From an uncultured Alphaproteobacteria bacterium (GTDB lineage: Bacteria > Pseudomonadota > Alphaproteobacteria > Rhizobiales > Xanthobacteraceae): DNA of 64,000 nt. Below the pieces are notes generated by a model, which did not search any database, had not been told where the DNA came from, and saw only the letters and a program-made list of their open reading frames with translations. Below are positions 35,771-45,504 of the stretch, one piece after another. The translations under genes and the position numbers were made by a program. Location: NCBI GenBank assembly GCA_963766925.1, contig CAVYCI010000003.1, positions 879 to 64,878 of the forward strand. The letters run 5' to 3'. Numbering within the stretch: position 1 is the first letter of the stretch; each line of letters opens with the position of its first letter.

Positions 35771-37573
35771 TCACGCCGGTGCGGTTTCCTGCGCCATGAA
35801 AGCGCGCCAGCCGCCGAAGCTGGAAATATCGCGTGCGTCCGCCACCGCTTCGGCTTCGACCAAAAAGCCTTTGACGGGGTGGCCGGCCTCCAGTTCGAGC
35901 GTTCCGATCGAAAGCGGCGGCGGGATCGCGGCGACGAAACGGCCGAACGCCGCTTCCGGCATCGCCCAGACTTCCACCTCGATCGCGGCGCCGGCGCCGT
36001 TCCCGACGCGCAGCAGCCCCGGCTTCGGCGGGCGGGTACCGGCGAGCGCGAACAGCCGGTAGTGCGGCGCGGTCGCGGCGCGCGCGAGCAGCCGCGCGCC
36101 GGCTGCGCGCAGTTCGCCGTTGAGCGGCATGCCGGAGAGATGCGCGCCGACCACAGCAAGCGGCACTTCGCCCTCCGCGGCCGCCGCCGACGGCGGTGCC
36201 AGTTTCGGCTGCGGATAGTTGAGCGCGCCCAGCGGGAGGCCGGTCGCGGCATGGAACTCACGGCCGATGGCCGCGAGCAACAGATCCTTGCCGGCCGGCG
36301 CCAGCAGCGTGACACCGAACGGGGTGCCATCGGCATGCATGCTGGCGGGAACCGCAAGCCCGCACATGTCGAGCAGATTGACGAAGTTCGTGTAGGTGCC
36401 GAGCCGGCTGTTGAGCCCGATCGGATCGGCCAGCACCTGCTCCACGGTGTACGTGGTCGGCGTCGTCGGCAGCAGCATGGCCTCGATGCCGCGGAAGGTG
36501 TGATCGCGCACCCGCCGCAATTCCTCGAGCTGATAGAATGCCGCAAAGGCGTCGGCGCTGGTCCCGTGCGCTCCGGCGAGAAGGATCTGGCGTGTGACCG
36601 GATGCAGCGATTCCGGCGAGGAGGCGATCAGCGCACGGACCGTGAGGTAGCGTTCCGCCACCCAGGGGCCTTCGTACAGCAGACGCGCCGCCGCATAGAA
36701 CGGCTCGATATCAAATTCGACGATCTTGACGCCGAGCCCGGCAAATTGCGCGATTGCCGCTTCATAGGCCGCTGCCGACACGCGATCGCCGAAGAAGAGC
36801 CGCTGCCCCGGCAGCGGCACGCCGAGCCGCAGACCTGCCGGCATCGGACCCGGGGCGGAGACGGGCCGGGCACGCGAATAGGGATCGGCCGGATCGGCGC
36901 CGGCAATTACGCCCAGCATCGTCACCGCATCGTCGACGGTAAACGCCATGACGGAAACGCAGTCGAGCGTGCGGCATGCCGGCACCACGCCGGCATTCGA
37001 GACCAGTCCGCGGCTCGGCTTGAGCCCGACGATGTTGCTGAAAGCGGCCGGCACGCGGCCCGACCCGGCGGTGTCGGTGCCGAGCGCGAGCGGCGCGATC
37101 CCTGCACCCACCGAAAGCGCCGATCCGGTGCTGGAGCCCCCCGGAATGAGCTTCGGATCGAACAGATTGCGGCCGATGCCGTACGGCGTGCGGACACCGA
37201 CGAGCCCGGTCGCGAACTGATCGAGATTGGTCTTGCCGAGAATCAGCGCACCCGCGGCGCGCAGCCGCGCGACCGCTGTCGCATCGTGGCCGGGGCGATA
37301 GCTGTAGGCCGGACAGGCGGCGGTGGTCGGCAGGCCCTCGACGTCGATGTTGTCCTTGACGACGACCGGTATGCCGAACAGCGGAAGCGCGGTTTGACCG
37401 GCCGCCATGAGCGCCCGCGCCTCGGCCAGCACCTCGGCCTCGTCGCGGAGCGCGATGAAAATCGCCGGATCGTCGTGGGCCCGGATTCGGGCATAGCTTC
37501 GCCTGACGATATCCTCAGGCGTGGCCGCGCCGGTGCGAAAGGCGTTGAGAATTTCGGCGACCGTCTCGGTCAC
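35771..37573 (-). CDS. atzF: Allophanate hydrolase (AtzF-like)
   Basis: 600 aa. Amidase signature domain (GIPVVVKDNIDV, GGSSTGSALSVG, GTDTAGSGRVPAAF) plus the roughly 120-aa C-terminal allophanate hydrolase domain (...EVWAMPEAAFGRFVAAIPPPLSIGTLEL). Confidence 0.85.
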   Translation of the reverse strand: MTETVAEILNAFRTGAATPEDIVRRSYARIRAHDDPAIFIALRDEAEVLAEARALMAAGQTALPLFGIPVVVKDNIDVEGLPTTAACPAYSYRPGHDATAVARLRAAGALILGKTNLDQFATGLVGVRTPYGIGRNLFDPKLIPGGSSTGSALSVGAGIAPLALGTDTAGSGRVPAAFSNIVGLKPSRGLVSNAGVVPACRTLDCVSVMAFTVDDAVTMLGVIAGADPADPYSRARPVSAPGPMPAGLRLGVPLPGQRLFFGDRVSAAAYEAAIAQFAGLGVKIVEFDIEPFYAAARLLYEGPWVAERYLTVRALIASSPESLHPVTRQILLAGAHGTSADAFAAFYQLEELRRVRDHTFRGIEAMLLPTTPTTYTVEQVLADPIGLNSRLGTYTNFVNLLDMCGLAVPASMHADGTPFGVTLLAPAGKDLLLAAIGREFHAATGLPLGALNYPQPKLAPPSAAAAEGEVPLAVVGAHLSGMPLNGELRAAGARLLARAATAPHYRLFALAGTRPPKPGLLRVGNGAGAAIEVEVWAMPEAAFGRFVAAIPPPLSIGTLELEAGHPVKGFLVEAEAVADARDISSFGGWRAFMAQETAPA

Positions 37574-37764
37574 TTAAAGCTCCGTTTGGCCGCGGGAACC
37601 GCCTGCCCGGTTCCTTTTGGGCCAAAACCCGCCCGTTTCGCAAGTCGCCAGGCCGGTTGCACCCAGGGGGTCATCCGCCTATATTCCATGCGCTTTCCAG
37701 TCATCGCTGATGACTTCAGTGGCTTCGTCCGCAAGGGCGGGCGAAGCACAAAGGAGATTTGCAC

Positions 37765-38455
37765 ATGGCTATCGCGCCCTTGATGCCGAAGGCGACCGCG
37801 GTGTGGCTGGTGGAGAACACCGCGCTTTCGTTCGAGCAAATCGCACAGTTTTGCAACCTGCACGTGCTCGAGGTGAAAGCGATTGCCGACGGCGACGCGG
37901 CGCAGGGCATCAAAGGGCTCGATCCGGTTCTCACCGGGCAACTGACCCGCGAAGAGATCTCCGAAGCCGAGGGCAATCCTGAATACCGGCTGCACATCGC
38001 CGACCCGAAGGTCCGCCTGCCGGAAGCGACCCACAAGAAGGGCCCGCGCTACACGCCGGTATCGCGCCGCCAGGATCGTCCCAACGCGATCCTCTGGCTG
38101 GTGCGCAACCATCCGGAGCTCAAGGACAGCCAGATCATGCGGCTGGTCGGCACGACCAAATCCACCATTCAGGCGATCCGCGACCGCACGCACTGGAATT
38201 CGGCGAACCTGACCCCGCTCGACCCGGTGACGCTCGGTCTGTGCTCGCAGATCGACCTCGATCTGGAAGTTCAGCGCGCCGCCAAGGAGAAGCCGGTTCC
38301 AGTCGAAGTCGCAGGGCGCCACGCTGCTTCCGGCTTCCGTCACCACCGCGCCGAAAGACGAGCCGGAAGAGCCGGTCGCCGCCAAAAAGACCGCGGACCT
38401 CAACGTCGAGGCGGTGTTCGCGAAGCTCAAGCAGCTTGGCGGCAAGAGCGAATAG
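37765..38455 (+). pseudogene. trcR: DUF1013 / TrcR-like cell-cycle transcriptional regulator with a +1 frameshift near 38297-38300
   Basis: MAIAPLMPKATAVWLVENTALSFEQIAQFCNLHVLEVKAIADG... runs to ...QRAAKEKPV. The next frame gives QSKSQGATLLPASVTTAPKDEPEEPVAAKKTADLNVEAVFAKLKQLGGKSE*. 691 nt = 3n+1. The context is CCGGTTCCAG. Confidence 0.75.
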
Positions 38456-38551
38456 TTCAACGAGCAGTCCAACCCATAGTACGGCAGGAAGATTGCTGGC
38501 GCGCGAAATGCCCGCGGGCGGGACACTGTCCGGTTTTTGTTTGTCCGGCTT

Positions 38552-39809
38552 TTATTTCTGCCGGGCGTCGGCGTACGGATAGATCATATCGCCGGTCTTG
38601 TATTGCTGCGGCCATACCACCGGCTGGACCTTGCCGTCGGCGAACTGCCCGACATCGTTCGGCGCCACGTTCTGGAATTGCGTGAACACCGTGCGGCTCT
38701 TCGGTCCATTCGCCGTCCTTGCCGTACGCGATCTCGCCGACGACGGTCGAGAATTTGTGGCTGTGAATGTATTCGGCGAGCTTGTCGCTGATCGAGGCTC
38801 TGCGTTCCCTCCACGGCCTGCGCCAGCACCTGGCCGGCGGCGTAGCCGAACGGCACGAAACGCATAGCCCAGCGGATCGATCTTTTCGCCAGCAGCAGCG
38901 GCGCGATAACGCTTGAGCAGATCGGCCACGCCGGGGAAATTGAACGTCGGCGCCTCCACGAAGCTTTCCATGATGACGAGGCCGTCGAGCATCGGCCCGA
39001 GCTGCGTCTTTGATCGGCGTGATCAGCAGACCGATCATCGTGCCGCCGAACATTTTCGGCGTCAGCCCGATTTCGTTCGCCGCACGCACGATGCCGACCG
39101 TGTCGGGCGGATAGGCGGCGACGAAGACGATGTCCGGATTGGCCGCCTGAATGGCGCGCACCGTCGGCGCGAAATCGGTGGTCGGCGGCGGATAGCTCTG
39201 GTCGTAGACGATTTTGAAACCGGCGGCGGTTGCATTTTCCCGCGCGCCGTCCGCCGAAGTCCGGGCGAATTCCGCATCGGCCGACAGGAAAGCGACCGTC
39301 TGCGGCTTCGGGCTCTGCGCGGCGGCGAGATCGAAAAAGCCCTTCGAGAACGCCCGCACACCGTCGGGCCCGAGCGGCTGCATCGAAAAGTATTTTGAAT
39401 AATTGAAATGCCGGTTGATGCTGACCGCGAGGATCCCGATCGTGACTTTGTTGTTTTGAATGATCACCGGCATCGCGGCAGCCGCCATGTTGGTGGCGTA
39501 CGGACCGAGCAGCAGATCGACTTTGTCGACGCTGATCAGCTTGGTGTAGATGCCCGGCACGTTCGAGGGGTTGCTCTGGTCATCGTAATAGACCAGCTCC
39601 ACCGGCCTGCCGAGCAGGCCGCCCTTGGCGTTGACGTCGTCGCGCCAGAGGTTGATCGCGAGCAGAAGCTGTTTGCCGTTCTGCGCCACGCTGCCGGTCA
39701 ACGCCATGCTGAAACCGACCTTGATGGGGTCGGCGGCGAACGCCGGAGCACCCAGGGCCGACAGCAACATCAGGGCAGCAGACAGTCCGGCGCGCCAGAC
39801 GGAAAGCAT
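38552..39809 (-). pseudogene. Liv-type ABC substrate-binding protein broken by four separate +1 frameshifts
   Basis: The signal peptide and the first ~265 aa are intact (ADPIKVGFSMALTGSVAQNGK...). The frame changes at 39009-39011 (AAA), 38858-38860 (TTT), ~38800-38808 and 38712-38713. Every segment still reads as PBP sequence (...MLDGLVIMESFVEAPTFNFPG / FVPFGYAAGQVLAQAVEG / DKLAEYIHSHKFSTVVGEIAYGKDGEW / KSRTVFTQFQNVAPNDVGQFADGK...). 1258 nt = 3n+4. Confidence 0.8.
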
Positions 39810-39817
39810 CGATCTCC

Positions 39818-39857
39818 CCGAAGAAACATCGCCCCCGTTTTTGAGGCGGGGGCGATG
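39818..39857 (-). terminator. Rho-independent terminator candidate after the extradiol dioxygenase gene
   Basis: Perfect 11-bp stem CATCGCCCCCG / CGGGGGCGATG, followed by TTTCTTCGGGG on the minus strand. Confidence 0.5.
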
Positions 39858-39864
39858 CAGTTTA

Positions 39865-40749
39865 TCAGTTCATCATCTCGTCGCCAGGCATGACGCCCCA
39901 CAAATTCGAGGCGCTCGGATCCTTGCTCCACACCTTCGGCCGCTGCGGGCTGTCACGGTGCCACGGCCGCGGCTCGAAATAGCCCAGCTCCTCGTTGACC
40001 CGATCGAGCTCGGCGAAGGTTTCGGTGATGAGACCGTTCGGCCCGCGGTGATAGGCGAACAGATTGTGCCCGATGCCGTGACGGCCGGGCCCCCACAGCA
40101 GCTTGTAGCCGTGAAGGCTCAGGAAATCGCAGGCATCATGCATGTGGCTCCAGTCGCGCAGCTCGAAAGCGGTATGGAAGTGACGGTTGGAGCCGGTCTC
40201 CATCAGATTGATGGAGTGATGATCGGGGCCGCAGCGCAGGAACGAGAAGAAGTCCGCCATCCAGTCGGACTCGCGGAAACCCAGCACGTCGCAATAGAAC
40301 TTGGTGACGTGCTTCACGTCGGTGACGTGGAAAGCGACATGGCCGAGCTTGAACGGGACGATGCCCTTGTTCTCAAACTTCTGGTGCGAGAACGCGTCGC
40401 GCTTGAACACTTCCATGATCGTGCCCTTCGGATCCTCGAAGGTGACCATGTCGGCGATCGAGGGCTCCGGATCCTTTTTGCGGCTGGTCTTGACGCCCAG
40501 CGCCGCGACCTGCTTTTCGAAATCGTTCAGGTCGGAATCGGTCGCGATCTGGAAACCCAGACGCACGCACTCAGCCTTCGACCCGTGTTCCAGCACGACC
40601 GAATGGTGGTCGATCGTGGAGGCGAGATAGGCCTTCTCCTTGTCCCTGGCGACGAGCTTCAGGCCGAGAATGTCGGTGTAGTATTCGATCTGCTGGTCGA
40701 GGTCGGGCGTCCGGTAGCTGGCGTGCGCGATTTTGGTGACACGAATCAT
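39865..40749 (-). CDS. Type I extradiol ring-cleavage dioxygenase (VOC superfamily, catechol 2,3-dioxygenase/HsaC-like)
   Basis: Two VOC modules (IAHASYRTPDLDQQIEYYTDILGLKL; KLGHVAFHVTDVKHVTKFYCDVLGF). His/His/Glu-type contexts GHVAFHV, DHHSINL, ITETFAE. ATG 40749 follows AGGAGA. Confidence 0.8.
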   Translation of the reverse strand: MIRVTKIAHASYRTPDLDQQIEYYTDILGLKLVARDKEKAYLASTIDHHSVVLEHGSKAECVRLGFQIATDSDLNDFEKQVAALGVKTSRKKDPEPSIADMVTFEDPKGTIMEVFKRDAFSHQKFENKGIVPFKLGHVAFHVTDVKHVTKFYCDVLGFRESDWMADFFSFLRCGPDHHSINLMETGSNRHFHTAFELRDWSHMHDACDFLSLHGYKLLWGPGRHGIGHNLFAYHRGPNGLITETFAELDRVNEELGYFEPRPWHRDSPQRPKVWSKDPSASNLWGVMPGDEMMN

Positions 40750-40768
40750 GCGAATTCTCCTGCGTCCT

Positions 40769-41683
40769 TCAGTTTGAGTTGTTGTGGGGGTCTTTGATGT
40801 TTTGGGCGTGTCGCGGCAGCGAGCCGACCACGTCGACCATGGCGGCGCCGTCGCAATCGCCAAGGCCCATTGCGATGAACCGCTCGAACAGTTCCGCGGT
40901 GCGGTCGAGGATCGGCGTCGCCACGCCGACTTCGTCGGCGAACGCGCCGATCATTTCGATATAGTGCTGCAAACCCTGGATGGTGCCCTGCGGCGGCTTG
41001 AAGCGGCGCTGCGCCATCCACGGGGCGCGAATGCCGAATTGGGTCGAGCCGCCGCTGCCGGTAGCGATTGCCTTGATCATCAGATCGACGTCGACGCCGG
41101 CCTTGAGACCGAGCGACATGGCTTCCGCGGTCGCCGCGATGTTGATCGCGACCAGCAGATTGTTGATGAGCTTGACCCGGCTCGCCGCGCCGAATTCGCC
41201 GAAATAAATGCACGAATCCGCGAAGCCGGCGATCACCGGCTCGATCCGCTTGCAGGCAACCGCGTCGCCCGCGAGATAGACGACGGCCTTGCGCGCAGCC
41301 ACCATGCCCGGCGTGCCCGACACTTCGCCATCGATGAACGCCGCGCCCTTTGCGGCAAGCGGCGCGATCTGGCGCGCCTTGACCGGGACCGGGTATGAGC
41401 CAAGCTCGACCACGACCTGACCGGGCCGCGCGGTTTGGACCAGACCTTGAGGCCCCTGCACGACCTCCTGCAGCGCCTCGTCGGACGGCAGGCAGGACAG
41501 CACCACGTCAGCCTGCTCGCCGACCTCGGCCGGCGACTTCGCAACCACGCCACCGATTTTTTCAAATTCGGCGAGCGAGCTGCGCCGGTAGCCGACGACG
41601 CGAAAGCCTTTGTTGATCAGGTTCTGCGAAATCGGCATGCCGATCTTGCCGACGCCGACAAAGCCAATCGTCTCCATACTCAT
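40769..41683 (-). CDS. NAD(P)-dependent oxidoreductase of the 3-hydroxyisobutyrate/6-phosphogluconate dehydrogenase family
   Basis: Rossmann N-terminus IGFVGVGKIGMPISQNL with a beta-HAD family C-terminal helical domain. Confidence 0.8.
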   Translation of the reverse strand: MSMETIGFVGVGKIGMPISQNLINKGFRVVGYRRSSLAEFEKIGGVVAKSPAEVGEQADVVLSCLPSDEALQEVVQGPQGLVQTARPGQVVVELGSYPVPVKARQIAPLAAKGAAFIDGEVSGTPGMVAARKAVVYLAGDAVACKRIEPVIAGFADSCIYFGEFGAASRVKLINNLLVAINIAATAEAMSLGLKAGVDVDLMIKAIATGSGGSTQFGIRAPWMAQRRFKPPQGTIQGLQHYIEMIGAFADEVGVATPILDRTAELFERFIAMGLGDCDGAAMVDVVGSLPRHAQNIKDPHNNSN

Positions 41684-41686
41684 TCC

Positions 41687-42064
41687 CTACGCCACTTCCA
41701 CGGTCTGATCGGAGAGATTGACCCGCAGTCCCAGCGTACCCTCCATGATCGTCCATTCTTTGATCGTGAAGGTGCGCAGCCCGTTGACCACGAACGGATC
41801 GGCTTCGGCGAGCTGCCGTGCTTCATCAGCGCTCGAAACCCGCAGCACGGTAAGCCCGGCGCCGTCCGGCGGCCCCGGACGGTCGGCGACCGGCCCGGAC
41901 GCGAACAGCAGCCCGCGCTTTTCCAGCGACACCATGTACTGGAGATGCGCCGGCAGAAGCGGCTTTAGTTTCTCCGGCGTCGGCGACGCGTTGGACAGGA
42001 TGATGTAGAATTTTCGCCGCAGCATCTTCTGCGTAAGTTCGGCGATTTGCTCATCAACTCCCAT
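41687..42064 (-). CDS. YciI-family protein
   Basis: 125 aa. FYIILSNASP...HLQYMVSLEKRGLLFASGPV...LTVLRVSSADEARQLAEADPFVVNGL is the typical YCII fold pattern. Confidence 0.7.
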   Translation of the reverse strand: MGVDEQIAELTQKMLRRKFYIILSNASPTPEKLKPLLPAHLQYMVSLEKRGLLFASGPVADRPGPPDGAGLTVLRVSSADEARQLAEADPFVVNGLRTFTIKEWTIMEGTLGLRVNLSDQTVEVA

Positions 42065-42276
42065 GAGGGGCCGCTCCTCCCTGATAACGCTGTTGGCGCA
42101 AGGTCAAGCCGTTCCGGCGCGAGATGTCAACATGCGCTTTTTCATCACGGCGCATTGATTTTGCTGCCCGGAAACACTCGCACACCACGCCGGTGCCGGC
42201 CACTTTATTAATCGGCAGCCAGGCATCGTCCGGCGATCACAACCGGGGCCGGCAGACCACAACCGGAGCCGGATGC

Positions 42277-42810
42277 TCATGCGCCGCGGCCGGTATACTG
42301 GCCGTCCACATAGATCAGCGGATCGACATCGCCGTTCACCGAAATGGACACGATGTGCCCCATGAAAATGGTATGCGTGCCGTATTCAAGCTCCTGGTCC
42401 TTCTGGCAGACGATCGCAGCCTGGGCGCCAATCAAAACCGGCGCCTCCGCACCGGTATCCCAGCGGCCCGCCTCGAACCGGCTTTCCGGGCTGGCGCCGC
42501 CGCTGCACAGGCGCGAAATGTCGACATGCCCCCGGCCAAGAATGTTGATGGCGAATTTGTCGGCGTGATAGATCGCGCGATGGAACGCCGCGGACCGGTT
42601 AACGCACACCAGCATGGATGGCGGGTCCATGCTCAACGCGCTGACCGAGGTCGCGGTCATTGCGCAGTTTCGCCCGTCGGCGACGCAGGTCACGACGCTG
42701 ACCGAACTTGCCAGCCGCCGCATTGCGCGCTTCGCCTCGGAAACGAGGTGCCCACCGACGGGGACGCCGGCAGAAGCCGGATGCTGCATGCCTGGTTGAG
42801 AAGTCATCAT
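42277..42810 (-). CDS. Flavin reductase (split-barrel FMN-binding, HpaC/HsaB-like)
   Basis: AMRRLASSVSVVTC...AMTATSVSALSMDPPSMLVCVNRSAAFH. It sits 11 nt downstream of the oxygenase gene. Confidence 0.8.
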   Translation of the reverse strand: MMTSQPGMQHPASAGVPVGGHLVSEAKRAMRRLASSVSVVTCVADGRNCAMTATSVSALSMDPPSMLVCVNRSAAFHRAIYHADKFAINILGRGHVDISRLCSGGASPESRFEAGRWDTGAEAPVLIGAQAAIVCQKDQELEYGTHTIFMGHIVSISVNGDVDPLIYVDGQYTGRGA

Positions 42811-42821
42811 CGCATGAGGAC

Positions 42822-44066
42822 CTAAAAAAGGCCCACCGGCTCGAGACCGAGCCGCTGTTGCCCGTACATCGTGGCGATCGACTCCCAGTCGAGACTGAGA
42901 TGCAGCGCGGCCGCGTTCACGTCGCGCCAGAAGCGCTGTAACGGCGCCGCCAGATCGCTGCCGGACGCGCCCTCTTTTGCAAACAGATCGTTGACCACCG
43001 CGACCGACTGCTTGGCGGCAAAGCCCTGATTGCGGCGAATGGCGACACGTTCACCGACTTGCAGCGGATGGCCGCGGCGCACTTTTTCCTCGGCGGCGGC
43101 CACGCTGGTCAGCAGCAGGGTCAGCGCGGACTCGATCATCGCCGATGCCGAGCCTATTTTGTTTTGAATCATCGGCGAGCTGGCCATCGAGACGACCATG
43201 CCGGGCTTCGCCGCGCGCACCCGTGTCTGGGCCATCTCGACGAAGGAATTGAGCGCGCCCTGAGCCATGCCGAGCACCGGTGCAACCAGCGCGGTCGGGC
43301 CGAAGGTGGTGAAGCCGAAGCGGCTCATCATGTTGTTTTCGAGTTCGGTTCCAGGCGTCCTGCCGGTCGCGATATCGGCAAATCGCACCATCCTGTGATC
43401 CGGAACAAACACCGGCCGGTCGATGCGCACGGTCTTGCTGCCCGTCCCCTGCAGGCCGCTGGTAAACCAGGTGTCCTGATCGACGATGATGTCGGTTATC
43501 GGTACGAGGCACCACATCGCCTCCGGCACGGCCCGGGAATTCGGCAACAGCGTGCCGAGCATGAGCCACTGGCTGTTTTCGCAGTTGCTGGCGTAAGGCC
43601 AGGAGCCCGCGAGTCTTATGCCGCCCGGAACGATTTCACATTCCCTGCTGGCGTCGTGGGAGCCGGCGACGAGGCTGTCGGGATCGCTCCAGACATCGCG
43701 CTGGCCTTCGAGCGGGAAGAACGACGTCATCCACTGATAGCAGATGGCCAGCGAGCCGCACCAGCCGGTGCTGCCGCAGGCCTGGCCCAGCTCGAAAGCG
43801 ACCTGGGCCAGTTCGCTCAGTCCGTATTCGAAACCGCCGAACCTTGCGGGCCGGAGCATTTTGACAAGCTCGGCCTCCCGCAGGAGGTCCATCGTCTTCT
43901 TCGATACGCGCCGGTTGGTTTCAGTATCCCGGGCGGCATCGCGAAATATCGGTTTCAGATCGCGGACGCGATTGAGCAGCACCGAAAAATCGGTTCGTCC
44001 TGCTTTGACCGTGCCCTTCGCTGGAAAAGGCACGGTGTTGTCCACAAGCTGCACCGTTTTGTCCAT
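42822..44066 (-). CDS. Acyl-CoA dehydrogenase-fold flavin-dependent monooxygenase, oxygenase component (HsaA/HpaH-C2-like), copy 1
   Basis: 414 aa. LRPARFGGFEYGLSELAQVAFELGQACGSTGWCGSL, GSWPYASNCENSQW, RFWRDVNAAALH. Confidence 0.8.
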   Translation of the reverse strand: MDKTVQLVDNTVPFPAKGTVKAGRTDFSVLLNRVRDLKPIFRDAARDTETNRRVSKKTMDLLREAELVKMLRPARFGGFEYGLSELAQVAFELGQACGSTGWCGSLAICYQWMTSFFPLEGQRDVWSDPDSLVAGSHDASRECEIVPGGIRLAGSWPYASNCENSQWLMLGTLLPNSRAVPEAMWCLVPITDIIVDQDTWFTSGLQGTGSKTVRIDRPVFVPDHRMVRFADIATGRTPGTELENNMMSRFGFTTFGPTALVAPVLGMAQGALNSFVEMAQTRVRAAKPGMVVSMASSPMIQNKIGSASAMIESALTLLLTSVAAAEEKVRRGHPLQVGERVAIRRNQGFAAKQSVAVVNDLFAKEGASGSDLAAPLQRFWRDVNAAALHLSLDWESIATMYGQQRLGLEPVGLF

Positions 44067-44072
44067 GCGGCT

Positions 44073-45297
44073 TCAGAATATTCCCTGAGGCTGCTGCCCC
44101 AGTTGCTGCGCGCCGTACAGCGCCGAGAGCGTGTCCCAGTCGATGCTGGCGTGGAGCGAAGCCGTATTCGCGTCGCGCCAGAACCGCTGCACGCGGTTCT
44201 TCTCGTCCGCTGCGGCCGCGCCGGATTTTGCGAAAATGTCGTTTACGACCTCCGACGAGGTCCTCGCGGCAAAGCCGTGATTGCGGCGGATGCGCACGCG
44301 CTGTTCGATCTCGAGCGTCCGGCCTGCGGCAACGGCCTCCTGCCCCTCCTGAAGGCTGGTGAGCATCAGAGTTCGCGCGGCATCGATGCGGGCGGCCGCC
44401 TGGCCGACCAGACTTTGAATAAGCGTGGAATTCGGCAACCTGCTCGAACACGCCGGGCCGCGCCATGCGTCGCGCACCCCGCGCGGTCTCGGTAAACGCA
44501 TCGAGCGCGCCCTGCGCCATGCCGACGATCGGCGCCACCAGCGCGGTCGGCCCGAAGGTGGGGTAACCGAAAAGAGCCTGGGTGTTGCCCGGCACGTCGA
44601 GCCCCGGCACTTTGCCCGAGAAGATACGGCCAAGCGGCAGCACGCGATGGTTCGGCACGAACACCGGATCGTTAATGGCGACGGTTTTGGACCCGGTGCC
44701 CTCAAGGCCGCTGACGTTCCAGCTGTTGTGATCGACGATCACGTCGCGGACGGGAACGAGGCACCAGGCGACGGACGGCGGGCCGTCTTTGCCCGGAAGC
44801 AGCGCAGAGAGGATCAGCCACGTGGCGCTGTCGACACCGCTCGCCCACGGCCAGCTTCCCGCAATTTTGAAACCGCCCTCGACCGCCTCGACTTTGGGAG
44901 TTGGCACGTAGGAGACGGCGAGCAGATTGTCGCGATTGTCCCAAACCTCCTCCTGGGCTTCGAGCGGAAAGAAAGCCACCATCCAGCCGAAGCAGGCCGC
45001 AAGCGTTCCGCACCATCCGGTACTGCCGCAGGCGCGGCCAAGTTCGAAGCCCACCTGGGCGAGTTCGGCGGGGCCATACTCGTATCCGCCGAAACGCCGC
45101 GGCTGCATCAGGCGGAACAGGTCCGCATCGCGAAGCGCCTCCATGGTCTCCGCAGGCACTCGCCTCGCCTTCTCCGACGCAAGCGCCCGCGAAGCGATCT
45201 CGGGGCGCAGCTTCACCAGGCGGCCAAGGATTTCCGGGAAATCCGGCCGCTCGGGCGCTTTGCGGATGGCGGGCTGAAGCCTGGTTTCCGTCTGCAT
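44073..45297 (-). pseudogene. HsaA-like flavin-dependent monooxygenase, copy 2, with a +1 frameshift near 44429-44432
   Basis: The frame MQPRRFGGYEYGPAELAQVGFELGRACGSTGWCGTL...GMAQGALDAFTE...FEQVAE is followed in the next frame by STLIQSLVGQAAARIDAARTLMLTSL...RFWRDANTASLHASIDWDTLSALYGAQQLG*. 1225 nt = 3n+1. The context is GCCGAATTCC. Confidence 0.75.
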
Positions 45298-45457
45298 TGT
45301 GCTTTTCCTCCCAGAAAAGTGCGCTCGATCAGCGCGGTTTGCCGCGCGGCGGCCCGTTCCGGATTCGCGCGCGGCGTCGCGGACGTTTTGTTCTGTTTCC
45401 GAAGTTTACGCTGACAGCAGCCCCGGATATTGACAAATCGAGTTTTCCAACCTGAAG

Positions 45458-45474
45458 TATCGGCCGGACCGATA
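45458..45474. promoter_or_regulatory. Candidate LysR-type binding site (ATC-N9-GAT inside a perfect inverted repeat)
   Basis: TATCGGccggaCCGATA lies 31 nt upstream of the lysR ATG, in the divergent intergenic region. Confidence 0.35.
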
Positions 45475-45504
45475 GTTGGGCCGCCTGTTAATGCATTGAG
45501 CTTT

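Noticed and set aside
35603-37783. 726-aa plus-strand ORF
   Set aside because: Antisense to the allophanate hydrolase gene. It is extremely Arg/Gly-rich low-complexity sequence with no domain signature.
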